From positions 9,007 to 73,006 of the forward strand of contig JABMNZ010000025.1 of assembly GCA_013204395.1 (NCBI GenBank): a stretch of 64,000 nt of DNA, given 5' to 3'. This DNA comes from Parcubacteria group bacterium. Lineage in GTDB: Bacteria; Patescibacteriota; Patescibacteriia; UBA9934; GWF2-40-263. A model generated the notes under the pieces. It did no database searches and was not told the origin of the DNA. It was given only the letters and a program-made list of their open reading frames with translations. The first letter of the stretch is position 1. Each line of letters opens with the position of its first letter. The position numbers and the translations under genes were made by a program. Of this stretch, positions 1 through 9,722 are shown piece after piece.

Positions 1-167
1 TTTGTGACAACTTGTCGGTCGTAGGTGATTGCCTTCTGGAACTCAGAAGTGGCAAATGGTCTTGGTTCGCGATATCCTTTCACCGCGTAACGAAGTTTGT
101 TTATTGCTAGTACCACCATGCCCATCAGGTGGAAAATGATTCGATGAGGAGTTGGAGGTGCTACCAT
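1..167 (-). CDS. N-terminal part of a hypothetical protein running off the window edge
   Basis: ATG at 167 (minus); frame MVAPPTPHRIIFHLMG...YDRQVVT stays open to position 1; lies just downstream of the 196..477 gene. Confidence 0.55.
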   Translation of the reverse strand, partial: MVAPPTPHRIIFHLMGMVVLAINKLRYAVKGYREPRPFATSEFQKAITYDRQVVT

Positions 168-195
168 TTTATGTTCAAACATAAATGCAAAAAGA

Positions 196-477
196 TTATT
201 CACCTTCTTCGTCAAGACTCTTTGGGTTAGGGGAGTATAGCTTTCCGCTAATGCGCCACTGGTCTACATATTGACCAAGGCCAACTTTGTCTCGCTTGTT
301 CTTTACGGTGGTGGTTCTTTGTGACCATTTCAAGAGAGACTCAAAGTTGATCTTGTATCGACCCTGAACCACGACGTATGTCACTTCATCTGCCTGAATG
401 GCTCTACGTATGGTTCGTTGGCTTACACCGAACATTTTTGCGGCCTCAGATACGGAAAGGCGGATTACAGACTTCAT
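196..477 (-). CDS. Excisionase-like helix-turn-helix DNA-binding protein
   Basis: LSVSEAAKMFGVSQRTIRRAI is an HTH_17/MerR-like motif; start moved to ATG 477 (MKSVIR). Confidence 0.8.
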   Translation of the reverse strand: MKSVIRLSVSEAAKMFGVSQRTIRRAIQADEVTYVVVQGRYKINFESLLKWSQRTTTVKNKRDKVGLGQYVDQWRISGKLYSPNPKSLDEEGE

Positions 478-620
478 ATAACTATGTTGATAACTATGTT
501 TGTCAATGCCAGTGTAGTCAAAAAATACCAACCTGTCAACCCAACCCTTGATTTTTTCCTTTATTTCCGGTAGTTTCCTCCTATTGTCGTAATACTTTTC
601 TAAATAATGATGCTTCATCT

Positions 621-1175
621 GTGAGCAACGAAAAAGAAAAATTTCTTTTGTTCCGTATCCGGGCTTTTAATGATGAGAATGCCTTTAATAAGGTAGTTGA
701 CCTCTATAAGGATAAGGTCACAAAGTTTCTCTCATTTAAACTCCCAACCAGTCATGATGCGGAAGATGCAGTTGCAGAGACGTGGATTCGTTTCTGGAGA
801 TATGCTCGAGGAACAAAAATAGAATCCATCTCAGGCATCATTTTCACCATTGCAAGAGGGGTCGTGTATGACTTCTATAAGCTGAAAGAGAAACGTAACG
901 AACAAGCTCTTCCAGCAAGTGATGAAGCGCCTGAGCTCAGTGACCCACTGCATGAGCAAATCATCAATCAGGTGGACGTAAGTATCCTTAAAGAGTTGAT
1001 CGTACAGTTAGACGAAGAGGATGCTCACATCATACTTATGCGTCATGTCCAGCAGATGAGGATTAAGGACATGGCAAAAGAGCTTGGACTATCTGAGAAT
1101 GCAGCTTCAGTGAAACTTCATAGAGCAATTAACAAATTCAGAACAAGTATCCTGGAAAAGTTTGGAGAATTATGA
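621..1175 (+). CDS. ECF-type RNA polymerase sigma-70 factor
   Basis: Region 2 DAEDAVAETWIRFW and region 4 HTH IKDMAKELGLSENAASVKLHRA. Confidence 0.9.
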   Translation: MSNEKEKFLLFRIRAFNDENAFNKVVDLYKDKVTKFLSFKLPTSHDAEDAVAETWIRFWRYARGTKIESISGIIFTIARGVVYDFYKLKEKRNEQALPASDEAPELSDPLHEQIINQVDVSILKELIVQLDEEDAHIILMRHVQQMRIKDMAKELGLSENAASVKLHRAINKFRTSILEKFGEL

Positions 1176-2032
1176 ACGACCACGATATCCAAAATCTATT
1201 CGACAACATCTCTGAAAGTTCAGAGTTGTTTGTGTCAGTGGATGATGCACGGGTACGTGATTTAGTTTTTGAGAGAACAGGATTAGATGTATCAAAGGAA
1301 TCAGTGTCATACGGCATGCGCGACTATCTTGAGTATCACATGTGGAATTTTTCACATGCAATGCTCAGGCCAATGGCCGCAGCAGCAGCCGTATTTTTGT
1401 TTGCTATCACCGGTTGGATCACAATGGCTAACGCTTCACAGAACACACTGCCTGGCGACAACCTTTATCCAGTTAAGATTTCAGTAGAGAAGGCACAAAT
1501 GATTCTCGCATTCAGCTCTGATCAGCGGGCAGGCCTGCAGATGGAGTTCACCAGTCGAAGATTGGATGAAATGGTGGAAGTATCCGCACGCTTGCATGAA
1601 TCAGAGCCAGAAGCAGTTCGCTTGGCAGTAGATCGTTTCAAGAGCGAAGTTGCAATCATTCAAGAGGAACTAACAACAGAAGGTGCAAGCACGGAGCTTG
1701 CAAAAGCAGTCGGTCGCAGAGTAGAAGGATATTCCTCAGCTGTAACAGCTTCATCCGCGGAACTTTCTCAAGAGGTGATCGATGAGGTGGAAGAAGTTAT
1801 AGAGGAGACAAAGGAGCAGGCAGTACAAGTCATCATCACTTCGCATGAGGCTGATCAGAATGAAGATGATGCAAGAGAGCTGGCCATAACATTTGAAAAA
1901 GAACTAGCACTTGCACTGGAAGCTGGTGCTGACGAAGAAACACTTGCAACGGCACAGGCTCTGGCAGATGAAGGAGCCTACCGACGAGCCTTCCAAGTTC
2001 TAAAAGAGTTCAACCTATTAATCCAAGAATAA
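1172..2032 (+). CDS. DUF5667-like single-TM protein, probable anti-sigma partner
   Basis: ATGA overlap with the sigma gene; one TM segment, then LPGDNLYPVKISVEK motif and helical C-terminus. Confidence 0.7.
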   Translation: MNDHDIQNLFDNISESSELFVSVDDARVRDLVFERTGLDVSKESVSYGMRDYLEYHMWNFSHAMLRPMAAAAAVFLFAITGWITMANASQNTLPGDNLYPVKISVEKAQMILAFSSDQRAGLQMEFTSRRLDEMVEVSARLHESEPEAVRLAVDRFKSEVAIIQEELTTEGASTELAKAVGRRVEGYSSAVTASSAELSQEVIDEVEEVIEETKEQAVQVIITSHEADQNEDDARELAITFEKELALALEAGADEETLATAQALADEGAYRRAFQVLKEFNLLIQE

Positions 2033-2266
2033 ACTGAGCCTTGAATCGGGCCAGGTGCCTCTCATTTAATGAGGGACCTCTTGCTCGCTCATCCATTTGT
2101 GATCACCTGGATGAGCATTATTCACTGATTCGCGAAGTAGCTATAAAAGGTCGAGACCCATGAGGTCGCTGCTCGTAAATTAATCAAAAGCCCTGAACCA
2201 GGGCTAAAAAGGTTCGCCTGCCCCACAAATAATACTGAGGGCGGGTAAAGTACCCAGATACAAAAT
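2033..2266 (+). promoter_or_regulatory. Highly structured 5' leader of the surface protein gene
   Basis: Helices gaatcgg/ctgattc, gctcatcca/tggatgagc, agccctg/cagggct, cctgccc/gggcggg; two unpaired AAAAGGT(T)CG motifs. Confidence 0.6.
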
Positions 2267-5200
2267 ATGACTAATTCTCTTCAACTGAAGAAAGCAATCA
2301 CAATGTTTATTGCTGCTGCAACAATTCTTGCTACAGCAGGTTTGACAGCATTTGTGCCTATGCAGGCTTCTGCCGCTTCTTATGGCGACCTGATCATGGG
2401 AGAGACTCTCTCAACTGTTTATTACTACGGTTCAGACGGTCAGCGATACTCATTCCCTAACGAGAAGACCTATTTCTCTTGGTACATGAGTTTTGACGAT
2501 GTTGTACAAGTTACCGATGAGGAGCTTGCTGACATCACACTGGCAGGAAACATTGTTTACCGCCCAGGTTCACGATGGATCAAAATTCAAAGCGACGAAA
2601 AGGTATACGCTGTTTCACCAAGTGGCTCAATCCATTGGATTGAGGACGAGGCTACAGCTGTTGGCCTTGCTGGAGACGCTTGGAACACAAACATCGATGA
2701 TGTTCCAGACGTATTCTTCGTCGACTTCACTGTTGGTGACTCTCTTACAGACGCAGCAGCCGGATATGAGGGCATGCTCTGGACAGACGGTACTAACAAC
2801 TACCTCGTACTCGACGGCATGGCTAGCATGGTCGACGACGGAGGTGCAAACGGTTACCAGGCAGGCTTCTGGCTTACTGGTACTGGATTTGACCCAGCTG
2901 GTCTAACAGCAGGTACAGCTGTAACTGCTGAGCTCGCTTCTCTTACAGACGCAGCACAAATGGTTACCACTGACACCGTTGTAGAAGCTGCAGATGTTTC
3001 AGTAAGCATCTCAGGTTCTCCATCAGCTTCAACCTTGATCGCTGGTCAGGGAATTGCAGATCTTCTGCACGTAACCCTTACAAACAACTCAGGTTCTTCA
3101 GTGAACTTGAACACATTGACCCTTACCCGCAACGGTGTGTCTTCTGACACAACATTGGCAAACATTTATCTATTTGATGGATACATTCGTTTGACTGACG
3201 CTGCAACCATCTCTGATGGAAAGGTAACTTTCAATGATAGCTCAGGTCTTTGGACCCTGGCTGCAGGTGCTTCTGCAACATTGGCTGTTCGTTCAGACAT
3301 TGCTGCAAGCACAAATGGTCAGACCGTTGGTCTTTCTGTTGTAGCTAACACTGACCTAACATTCTCAAGCGCTGGTGCTGCATCAGGTTCTTTCCCAATG
3401 ACTGGATCTGTTCACACAATCGCTACTTCCCCACCCACATTTGGAACTGCTGACTTCACAGGAAGCACAACCCCATCTGCTGCTTCAATTGATCCACAAG
3501 ATGACTACCGCGTATTTGAGCGCACCTTGTCTGTTGGTTCAAACGAGCTTGATCTATACGCAGCTCGCTTCCGAAACATTGGTTCCATTGACGCTGATGA
3601 TATCAGTGGATGGCAGCTTTATGTTGGAGGTGTGGTTCGTGGATCTACCGTTGCAGCTGAGGATGCAGATGGTTACATCTCATTCGACCTTTCAGCTGAT
3701 CCATTAGCACTTGCTACTGGTAATCACCAGGTTAAAGTACTTGCCGACGTTATTGGTGGGTCTGGACGAACCGTTACTGTTGGTCTACGTAATAGCGCCG
3801 ACTTCGTCGCTATGGACCAGGATTACGGACAGCCAGTGCTCTCAACTGTTGGGGCTTCTGCCTTCGCAGCAATGGACGCAGGTGCTCAGACCATTAATAG
3901 TGGCTCACTAACCTTCACCAAGTCTACTAACTCACCTTCTGGTGATGTTACTGAGACTGCTTCAGGTGTAACTCTTGGTAGCTGGTCTGCAAGAGCTTTT
4001 GGTGAGAACATGAAGGTTGAAAGCCTCCGCTTCGCTTTCACAGAAAGTGACGGACATGACGTAACCCTTCGAAATGGTGCTGTGTTCCTTAATGGTACAC
4101 AGGTTGGTTCCACAGCTGGCCTTGAGGCCAATGCTGGTGCTGGAACAGATTACACTTCATATACATTCGGATCTTCTTTCATTGTTGTGCCTGGTACTCC
4201 AGCTACTCTTGAAATAAGAGCTGATATCTATGACACAGATGGAACTGACAGTATCGAAGATGCAGATACAATCATTGCTGAGATTGTTGACATGAATACT
4301 GTTCTAAATGTTCAACAAGTTACATCTGGTGGTTACATCGACGCTCCAGACGGAGCCGCTGTAACGGCAAATACTCTTACAGTAACAGCAGCATCTCTCA
4401 GCGTTGCTAAGAATGGTGCGTATGCTGATCAAACAACTACAGAGCCAAGAAGTAACTATAAGATTGGTTCATGGTCTGTAACAGCTGGAACATCTGAAGG
4501 AGTTAACTTGACTGATATCAACGTTGATTTCGACGGAGCCTCTGATACATCAGAGCCAGCAGGTGGTGACATGTATAATCTTTACGTGATGTACGGTCCA
4601 TCAGCTAACATGACAACATCTAGCACAAAGGGAACAATCGCTGAGACTGCCAACTCATGGTCAATTAACTATGCATTGGAAGCCGGTGAAACCATTTATG
4701 TAGATGTTTATTTGGACATTGACGCAGCTATCACCACTGGTGAAATTATTCAAGCTGTTGTTGATGTGAATGGAACAAGCATGCTCTCTGGTTCATCTCC
4801 TACAACTAATGAAATCACTGGTCAGGCGATCACCACAGCTGCAGGTACATTCACTGAGTTCAATGATGACCACCCAGTTGACGCCATTGTGGCTGGCAAC
4901 CAGGAGGTTACAGCTGCAAAGTACCGATTCAGTGCAGCTAACGAGACATACACCATCACTGAAATGAAGACGTCTGTTGCAAGTGCTACAGCCGCTGGAT
5001 TAGTAAGTGCTGTTAGTTTGTATGACGGAAGCACATTGGTAGGTACAACCATCCTCGACGAGGACACCAACACTTCTGGAACGTTTACTGGTATGAGTAT
5101 CGAGGTTGCAGACAATGCATCTAAGACTCTTACATTGAAGTACACGTTGACTGAGGTTGGAGTAGGTGGAGGAACATCACAGACTGATGTTCAGAACACT

Positions 5201-5998
5201 CTTGAGTCTGTAAAATTCCGTGACAGTAATGGAACGGAGACAACAGAAGCTGATACTAACGCTGTTGACTCTAGTGGTACCGCTTCATGGACTAATGACA
5301 CAATTCTTGGAAACAACCTCTTCGTGTTCAGGTCCATCCCAACTGTTACCCACACCGACCTCACAAACTCAACACTTGTGAACGGTCAGGCAACAGATCT
5401 CTACAAGTTCACTGTCACTGCTGACGCTAACGGCGCTGTTGCTGTTAAGCAGTTCAAGCTAACAGCTTCTTGGAGCGATGGTGGTACTGCAGACACACTA
5501 GAAGTTGAGTCCTTGAAGCTTTACAAGAATGGATCTGACATCACTACTTCTGTAGTAATTCAGGACCAGGATGGAGCTTCTCTAGAGAGCACAAGTGGTT
5601 TGCTAGAGGCAGATTCTGACCTTGTTGTCACATGGGCATCTGAGGACACCGTTTCTGCTGGTGAGACAGTTACTTATACTGTTCGTGGAACTCCACAAGG
5701 CTTCCGCCTTACTGGAGACGACACCTCTGGTGACTCTATTAGCCTCTACTTGGCTCAGGACACCTCTTCAAACAGCACAAACGTCTACCTAAACGTTGGT
5801 GATACAACTGTCAGCGTTATCGAACTCTTCACATCTGCAGCTGCAGGAAATGCAACTACAAATGAGCCTGAGTTCATGTGGTCAGACAACAGTGCTTCAG
5901 CTCACTCTTCAACTGCTGGTTCAGCCTCAACAGGTGACTGGCACAACGGATACTTGGTTAAGAATCTTGACCTTGGATCTGAAACTTGGACTAAATAG
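2267..5998 (+). CDS. Large secreted S-layer-like surface protein (1243 aa)
   Basis: Signal peptide ending ASA; Thr/Ser/Ala/Gly/Asp-rich beta-sandwich-like repeats; no Cys; strongly biased codons; N-terminal VYYYG..G.RY.FPNEK.YFSWY module. Confidence 0.75.
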   Translation: MTNSLQLKKAITMFIAAATILATAGLTAFVPMQASAASYGDLIMGETLSTVYYYGSDGQRYSFPNEKTYFSWYMSFDDVVQVTDEELADITLAGNIVYRPGSRWIKIQSDEKVYAVSPSGSIHWIEDEATAVGLAGDAWNTNIDDVPDVFFVDFTVGDSLTDAAAGYEGMLWTDGTNNYLVLDGMASMVDDGGANGYQAGFWLTGTGFDPAGLTAGTAVTAELASLTDAAQMVTTDTVVEAADVSVSISGSPSASTLIAGQGIADLLHVTLTNNSGSSVNLNTLTLTRNGVSSDTTLANIYLFDGYIRLTDAATISDGKVTFNDSSGLWTLAAGASATLAVRSDIAASTNGQTVGLSVVANTDLTFSSAGAASGSFPMTGSVHTIATSPPTFGTADFTGSTTPSAASIDPQDDYRVFERTLSVGSNELDLYAARFRNIGSIDADDISGWQLYVGGVVRGSTVAAEDADGYISFDLSADPLALATGNHQVKVLADVIGGSGRTVTVGLRNSADFVAMDQDYGQPVLSTVGASAFAAMDAGAQTINSGSLTFTKSTNSPSGDVTETASGVTLGSWSARAFGENMKVESLRFAFTESDGHDVTLRNGAVFLNGTQVGSTAGLEANAGAGTDYTSYTFGSSFIVVPGTPATLEIRADIYDTDGTDSIEDADTIIAEIVDMNTVLNVQQVTSGGYIDAPDGAAVTANTLTVTAASLSVAKNGAYADQTTTEPRSNYKIGSWSVTAGTSEGVNLTDINVDFDGASDTSEPAGGDMYNLYVMYGPSANMTTSSTKGTIAETANSWSINYALEAGETIYVDVYLDIDAAITTGEIIQAVVDVNGTSMLSGSSPTTNEITGQAITTAAGTFTEFNDDHPVDAIVAGNQEVTAAKYRFSAANETYTITEMKTSVASATAAGLVSAVSLYDGSTLVGTTILDEDTNTSGTFTGMSIEVADNASKTLTLKYTLTEVGVGGGTSQTDVQNTLESVKFRDSNGTETTEADTNAVDSSGTASWTNDTILGNNLFVFRSIPTVTHTDLTNSTLVNGQATDLYKFTVTADANGAVAVKQFKLTASWSDGGTADTLEVESLKLYKNGSDITTSVVIQDQDGASLESTSGLLEADSDLVVTWASEDTVSAGETVTYTVRGTPQGFRLTGDDTSGDSISLYLAQDTSSNSTNVYLNVGDTTVSVIELFTSAAAGNATTNEPEFMWSDNSASAHSSTAGSASTGDWHNGYLVKNLDLGSETWTK

Positions 5999-6113
5999 TT
6001 CAACGCTCTAACAAGAGCATCTCTCCACCGATCCATACTTTTCACGAGCATCTGACTGAAAGCTTCGGCTAGACGTCTTGGCTCACCGAGAATGGGATCC
6101 TGGGGAAACAGTA

Positions 6114-6139
6114 AAGACCGTGCCTTCGGGCACGGTCTT
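6114..6139 (+). terminator. Intrinsic terminator-like hairpin
   Basis: aagaccgtgcc-ttcg-ggcacggtctt, perfect 11-bp stem with UUCG loop; weak U tail. Confidence 0.75.
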
Positions 6140-6157
6140 CTGTTATACTTATCCCAT

Positions 6158-7639
6158 ATGAAACTTCATCACATTATTTTTGGTTCAATGTTCATGTTCG
6201 CCTTAGCTGTTCTTCCTGCACACGCGGAAGGTTCTTGGGTGCAAAAAGAATACGGAACAATCCAAGGGCTCCAAGGAATCGCTCAAATAGGGGACACTTA
6301 TTTTGCTGCTGGTAATACTGGAAACATTATTCGCTCAACGGACGATGGGGAGACATGGTCAGCTTTTGACCAGTCAGCAAGTGTCTATTGGCAAGACATG
6401 GGAGTATTTGGAAGTTATATCTGGGCCATTGGTGAAGGTGGTGCAATGCGCGAGTCTCAGGACTCGGGTAGCACATGGGCTGGTGTGACAACGGGAGTAA
6501 GTGAGGTGCTGTATGACATGGACACATCCACTCTATATGGATACCTCGTTGGATCAGGAGGAAGGATTATGGCATACCATACCGACGCCAGGCTTTGGCT
6601 TGCTGTAACTTCAGACACGACAAGTGTTTTATATCGCGTTCAAGACCGTGGGGACGCTACAGCTTGGGTCGTGGGTGGACAAGGGATTTTGCTTTATACC
6701 CTTGACGCCGGGCAGACATGGACAAACAAAGGAAACGTTGCAACAGATGATCTCTATGGGGTGTGGTTCACGTCTGCTACTGAGGGATATGTAGTTGGTC
6801 GCAATGGAACATTTCGTAAAACAATTGACGCTGGAGCGTCATGGACAACTATCGCTGTAAGTGGACTCTCAAGCCAGTCACTTTATGACATTCGTGGATC
6901 GGGAGATGATTTGGTGATCGCTGGGGATAAGATTTTAATTAGATCCGAAGATGCGGGAGTCACGTGGTCTGTTACAGATTACACAACTGAGAATTACACA
7001 TTCCGCAACGCTCTTTTTTCTGATGAGGGTCCTTGGGTGGTCGGAACAAATTACGACATGGCCTCTGTGATGCTCCGTTATGAGCAATCCGGCGGAGCCG
7101 GATCCGGCTCCGCCGGAGAAGAAGAAGTGGTCGAGGAGGAAGAGGAAACAGTTCTACTCGTTCCCGTTGAGGCTGAGCCGGGTACTTTGATTAAAAAAGT
7201 TTGTCTCGAAGGAGCAACGGCTACTGATCCTTGTCGTGCTGTTTACTATTACGCAACAGACGGAATGCGCCATGCATTTCCAAATGAAAAAGTTTTCTTT
7301 ACCTGGTTTGATGATTTTGATTCTGTAGTAGACGTAAGCGCAGACTTTCTCTCTGATATCCAACTTGGTTCAAACGTGACATATCATCCAGGGACGCGAA
7401 TGGTGAAGTTTCTATCAGTACCAACCGTTTACACAGTATCTATTGGTAGTGAGCTCAGATCGATTGCCAGCGAGGAGATCGCGGTAGGTATGTATGGCGA
7501 TGATTGGAATCAGCAGATCGATGACATCTCAGATGCCTTCTATGGCAACTATTCTTTCGGGGAGCCAATTGAGGCTATTGAGGACTACATACCAGAGCTG
7601 GCATCTGAAGCAGTATCAAGTTTGGATGACAATTTCTAA
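6158..7639 (+). CDS. Secreted YCF48/BNR-repeat beta-propeller protein with C-terminal CPR surface module
   Basis: Signal peptide AHA; repeated S.D.G.TW Asp-boxes; C-terminal domain similar to the N-terminus of 2267..5998; start at ATG 6158. Confidence 0.8.
   Translation: MKLHHIIFGSMFMFALAVLPAHAEGSWVQKEYGTIQGLQGIAQIGDTYFAAGNTGNIIRSTDDGETWSAFDQSASVYWQDMGVFGSYIWAIGEGGAMRESQDSGSTWAGVTTGVSEVLYDMDTSTLYGYLVGSGGRIMAYHTDARLWLAVTSDTTSVLYRVQDRGDATAWVVGGQGILLYTLDAGQTWTNKGNVATDDLYGVWFTSATEGYVVGRNGTFRKTIDAGASWTTIAVSGLSSQSLYDIRGSGDDLVIAGDKILIRSEDAGVTWSVTDYTTENYTFRNALFSDEGPWVVGTNYDMASVMLRYEQSGGAGSGSAGEEEVVEEEEETVLLVPVEAEPGTLIKKVCLEGATATDPCRAVYYYATDGMRHAFPNEKVFFTWFDDFDSVVDVSADFLSDIQLGSNVTYHPGTRMVKFLSVPTVYTVSIGSELRSIASEEIAVGMYGDDWNQQIDDISDAFYGNYSFGEPIEAIEDYIPELASEAVSSLDDNF
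7088..7117. repeat. Perfect 30-bp palindrome inside a CDS
   Basis: tccggcggagccgga|tccggctccgccgga, encoding the SGGAGSGSAG linker. Confidence 0.85.
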
Positions 7640-7667
7640 GAAGACCGATACAATGCCGCTACTGATT

Positions 7668-9722
7668 ATGCGGCATTTATCTTTATTTACGGAAGCTAAG
7701 CTTCCGACAACAAAGGGTTTTTTTGCGGGGCTAGTGATAGCTTCGCTCGTTTTAACTACTTTTCCTGCGCAGGCTCAGTCAGGTGATCGTTTTGACGATG
7801 AGTTGTGGTACCTCGATCAAATCTCTTTAGATCAGGCTGACATAAAGACTGGGCTCTCACCGACTGTCGTTGCTGTGCTTGATGCTGGGTTTGATTTTGA
7901 TCACGAAGATCTTGATGGTCAGTACTGGGTTAATACAGACGAGACGGCCGGTGATCAGACTGATAATGATGGTAATGGGTATGAGGATGATGTGATGGGA
8001 TGGGATTTTGTTGATAACGATCCAGATCCGTCCCCAGACACAACACCACCTATAAGGGATTCGGTTGTGTCTCACGGAACCGTTATTGCTGGAATAATTG
8101 TTGCTAAGCAGGGGAATGGTTTTGGTATTCGTGGCATTGCGCCTGAGGCTAAGATCATGCCACTACGTGTATTGAATCGCGACGGAGGTGGCTCGACAAT
8201 TGATGTCAGGCGTGCTGTCCGCTACGCAGTTGAAAACGGTGCGGACGTGATTAATCTCAGCATAAACTTTACTACCTCAGATCAGAGGCTTCGTGAAACA
8301 CTTGAGTGGGCACACGACCAAGGGGTGATTATTGTTGGGGCAATTGGCAACGGCAATACTGACACAGATCTCACACCAGTCTATCCAGCCTGCTATGACG
8401 GCGAGATTGGAAAGAATATTGTTATTGGTGTTGGCGCAAGTGATCGTTTTGATAAAAAAGCTGAGTTTTCAAATTTCGGCAGCAAGTGTGTAGACCTTGT
8501 CGCCCCCGGCGTGGATATTTTTGCAACCGTGTATCACGATCCGTCACAACTCTTACTAAGTACTGCTTACTCGTCGCCGTGGGAAGGAACATCTTTAGCA
8601 GCTCCTATCGTGTCCGGAGCTGCAGCACTTTTACGCGGCATGTATCCGTCCATTACCCCTGACCAGGTTCGCAATGTTCTTAAACTCTCTGTTGATCCAA
8701 TAAAAGAAACATCTCTTGAGGCGCGAATACGTCTTGGTGCTGGTCGGTTGAATGTTGCAAAGGCACTTGAGGTAGCAAAGATTGTTGTTGCTGGCCCACG
8801 TACTTCTGTGGCAAAGCAGGATATTTCCACCACAAGCTTTGCGATTGCTCAGGCCCATGGGTCAAGTCCTCAGGTTCGTCGGTATGATGGCAGGGGGAAT
8901 GTGATCGCAGATTTTTATGCATACAACAAAGCATTCACAGGAGGGGTGCGTGTAGCTATGGGGGATGTTGATGGTGATGGTCAACTTGAAATAGTGACGG
9001 GCGCTGGACCAGGTGGGGGGCCACAGGTTCGAGTGTTTGATTTAGATGGTCGACCAGAAAGACAATTTTTTGCCTTCGAGGAAGGAGGACGTGGCGGAAT
9101 CTATGTGGCTACAGGCGACACAAATGGAGATGGTATTGATGAGATAATTGTAACCGCGGACCGTGACAGCACTGGACAGGTTAGGATCTTTAATCAGCAC
9201 GGTCACTTAAAGGGTTCGTTTTTCCCGCTTGGAAGAACAGATGCAGCGCTGGCGGTGAGTGTTGCTAATCTAGACGATGATCCTGAAGAGGAATTGCTTA
9301 TCTCTACGATGGCCGAGTCTGATGGAACGGTTTGGGTTTATGATGGTACGGGGGTTTATGTCCGTTCGTTTGTTGCTCTTAATGGTGAAGTGGACAGCTT
9401 AACTACTACGACAGCGGATTTGGATGGTGATGGTGTTTCGGAGATACTCGTTGCATCTGGCCCGGGTCACACCCCAAGGGTTTCCGTGTATAATCAACAA
9501 GGAGTGTTGTTGGATACTTTACTTGCGTTCGCATCGAATTTTATGGGAGGAGTATCTGTAACCGTTGGGGACATTGATAACAATGGCCGTAAAGAAGTTT
9601 ACACAGCTCCACTCACAGCTGGTGGGCCACAGGTTCGAATTTTTAATCAGACGTTAGATCTCATTGGAGGTTTTTTCACTTTTGACCAAGGGAATCGTTA
9701 TGGAACATTTGTTTCGATGTAG
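7668..9722 (+). CDS. S8 subtilisin-like serine protease with C-terminal FG-GAP repeats
   Basis: Triad VAVLDAG / HGTVIAG / GTSLAAP; repeats GDVDGDG..EIVTGAGPGGGPQVRVF; start uncertain (7653 or 7668). Confidence 0.9.
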   Translation: MRHLSLFTEAKLPTTKGFFAGLVIASLVLTTFPAQAQSGDRFDDELWYLDQISLDQADIKTGLSPTVVAVLDAGFDFDHEDLDGQYWVNTDETAGDQTDNDGNGYEDDVMGWDFVDNDPDPSPDTTPPIRDSVVSHGTVIAGIIVAKQGNGFGIRGIAPEAKIMPLRVLNRDGGGSTIDVRRAVRYAVENGADVINLSINFTTSDQRLRETLEWAHDQGVIIVGAIGNGNTDTDLTPVYPACYDGEIGKNIVIGVGASDRFDKKAEFSNFGSKCVDLVAPGVDIFATVYHDPSQLLLSTAYSSPWEGTSLAAPIVSGAAALLRGMYPSITPDQVRNVLKLSVDPIKETSLEARIRLGAGRLNVAKALEVAKIVVAGPRTSVAKQDISTTSFAIAQAHGSSPQVRRYDGRGNVIADFYAYNKAFTGGVRVAMGDVDGDGQLEIVTGAGPGGGPQVRVFDLDGRPERQFFAFEEGGRGGIYVATGDTNGDGIDEIIVTADRDSTGQVRIFNQHGHLKGSFFPLGRTDAALAVSVANLDDDPEEELLISTMAESDGTVWVYDGTGVYVRSFVALNGEVDSLTTTTADLDGDGVSEILVASGPGHTPRVSVYNQQGVLLDTLLAFASNFMGGVSVTVGDIDNNGRKEVYTAPLTAGGPQVRIFNQTLDLIGGFFTFDQGNRYGTFVSM
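7690..7706. repeat. REP-like palindrome CGGAAGCTAAGCTTCCG, copy 1 (in CDS)
   Basis: Identical core at 19200 and 57287. Confidence 0.75.

Noticed and set aside
196-477. Prophage or ICE inferred from the excisionase-like HTH
   Set aside because: No integrase, phage structural genes or att sites in the window
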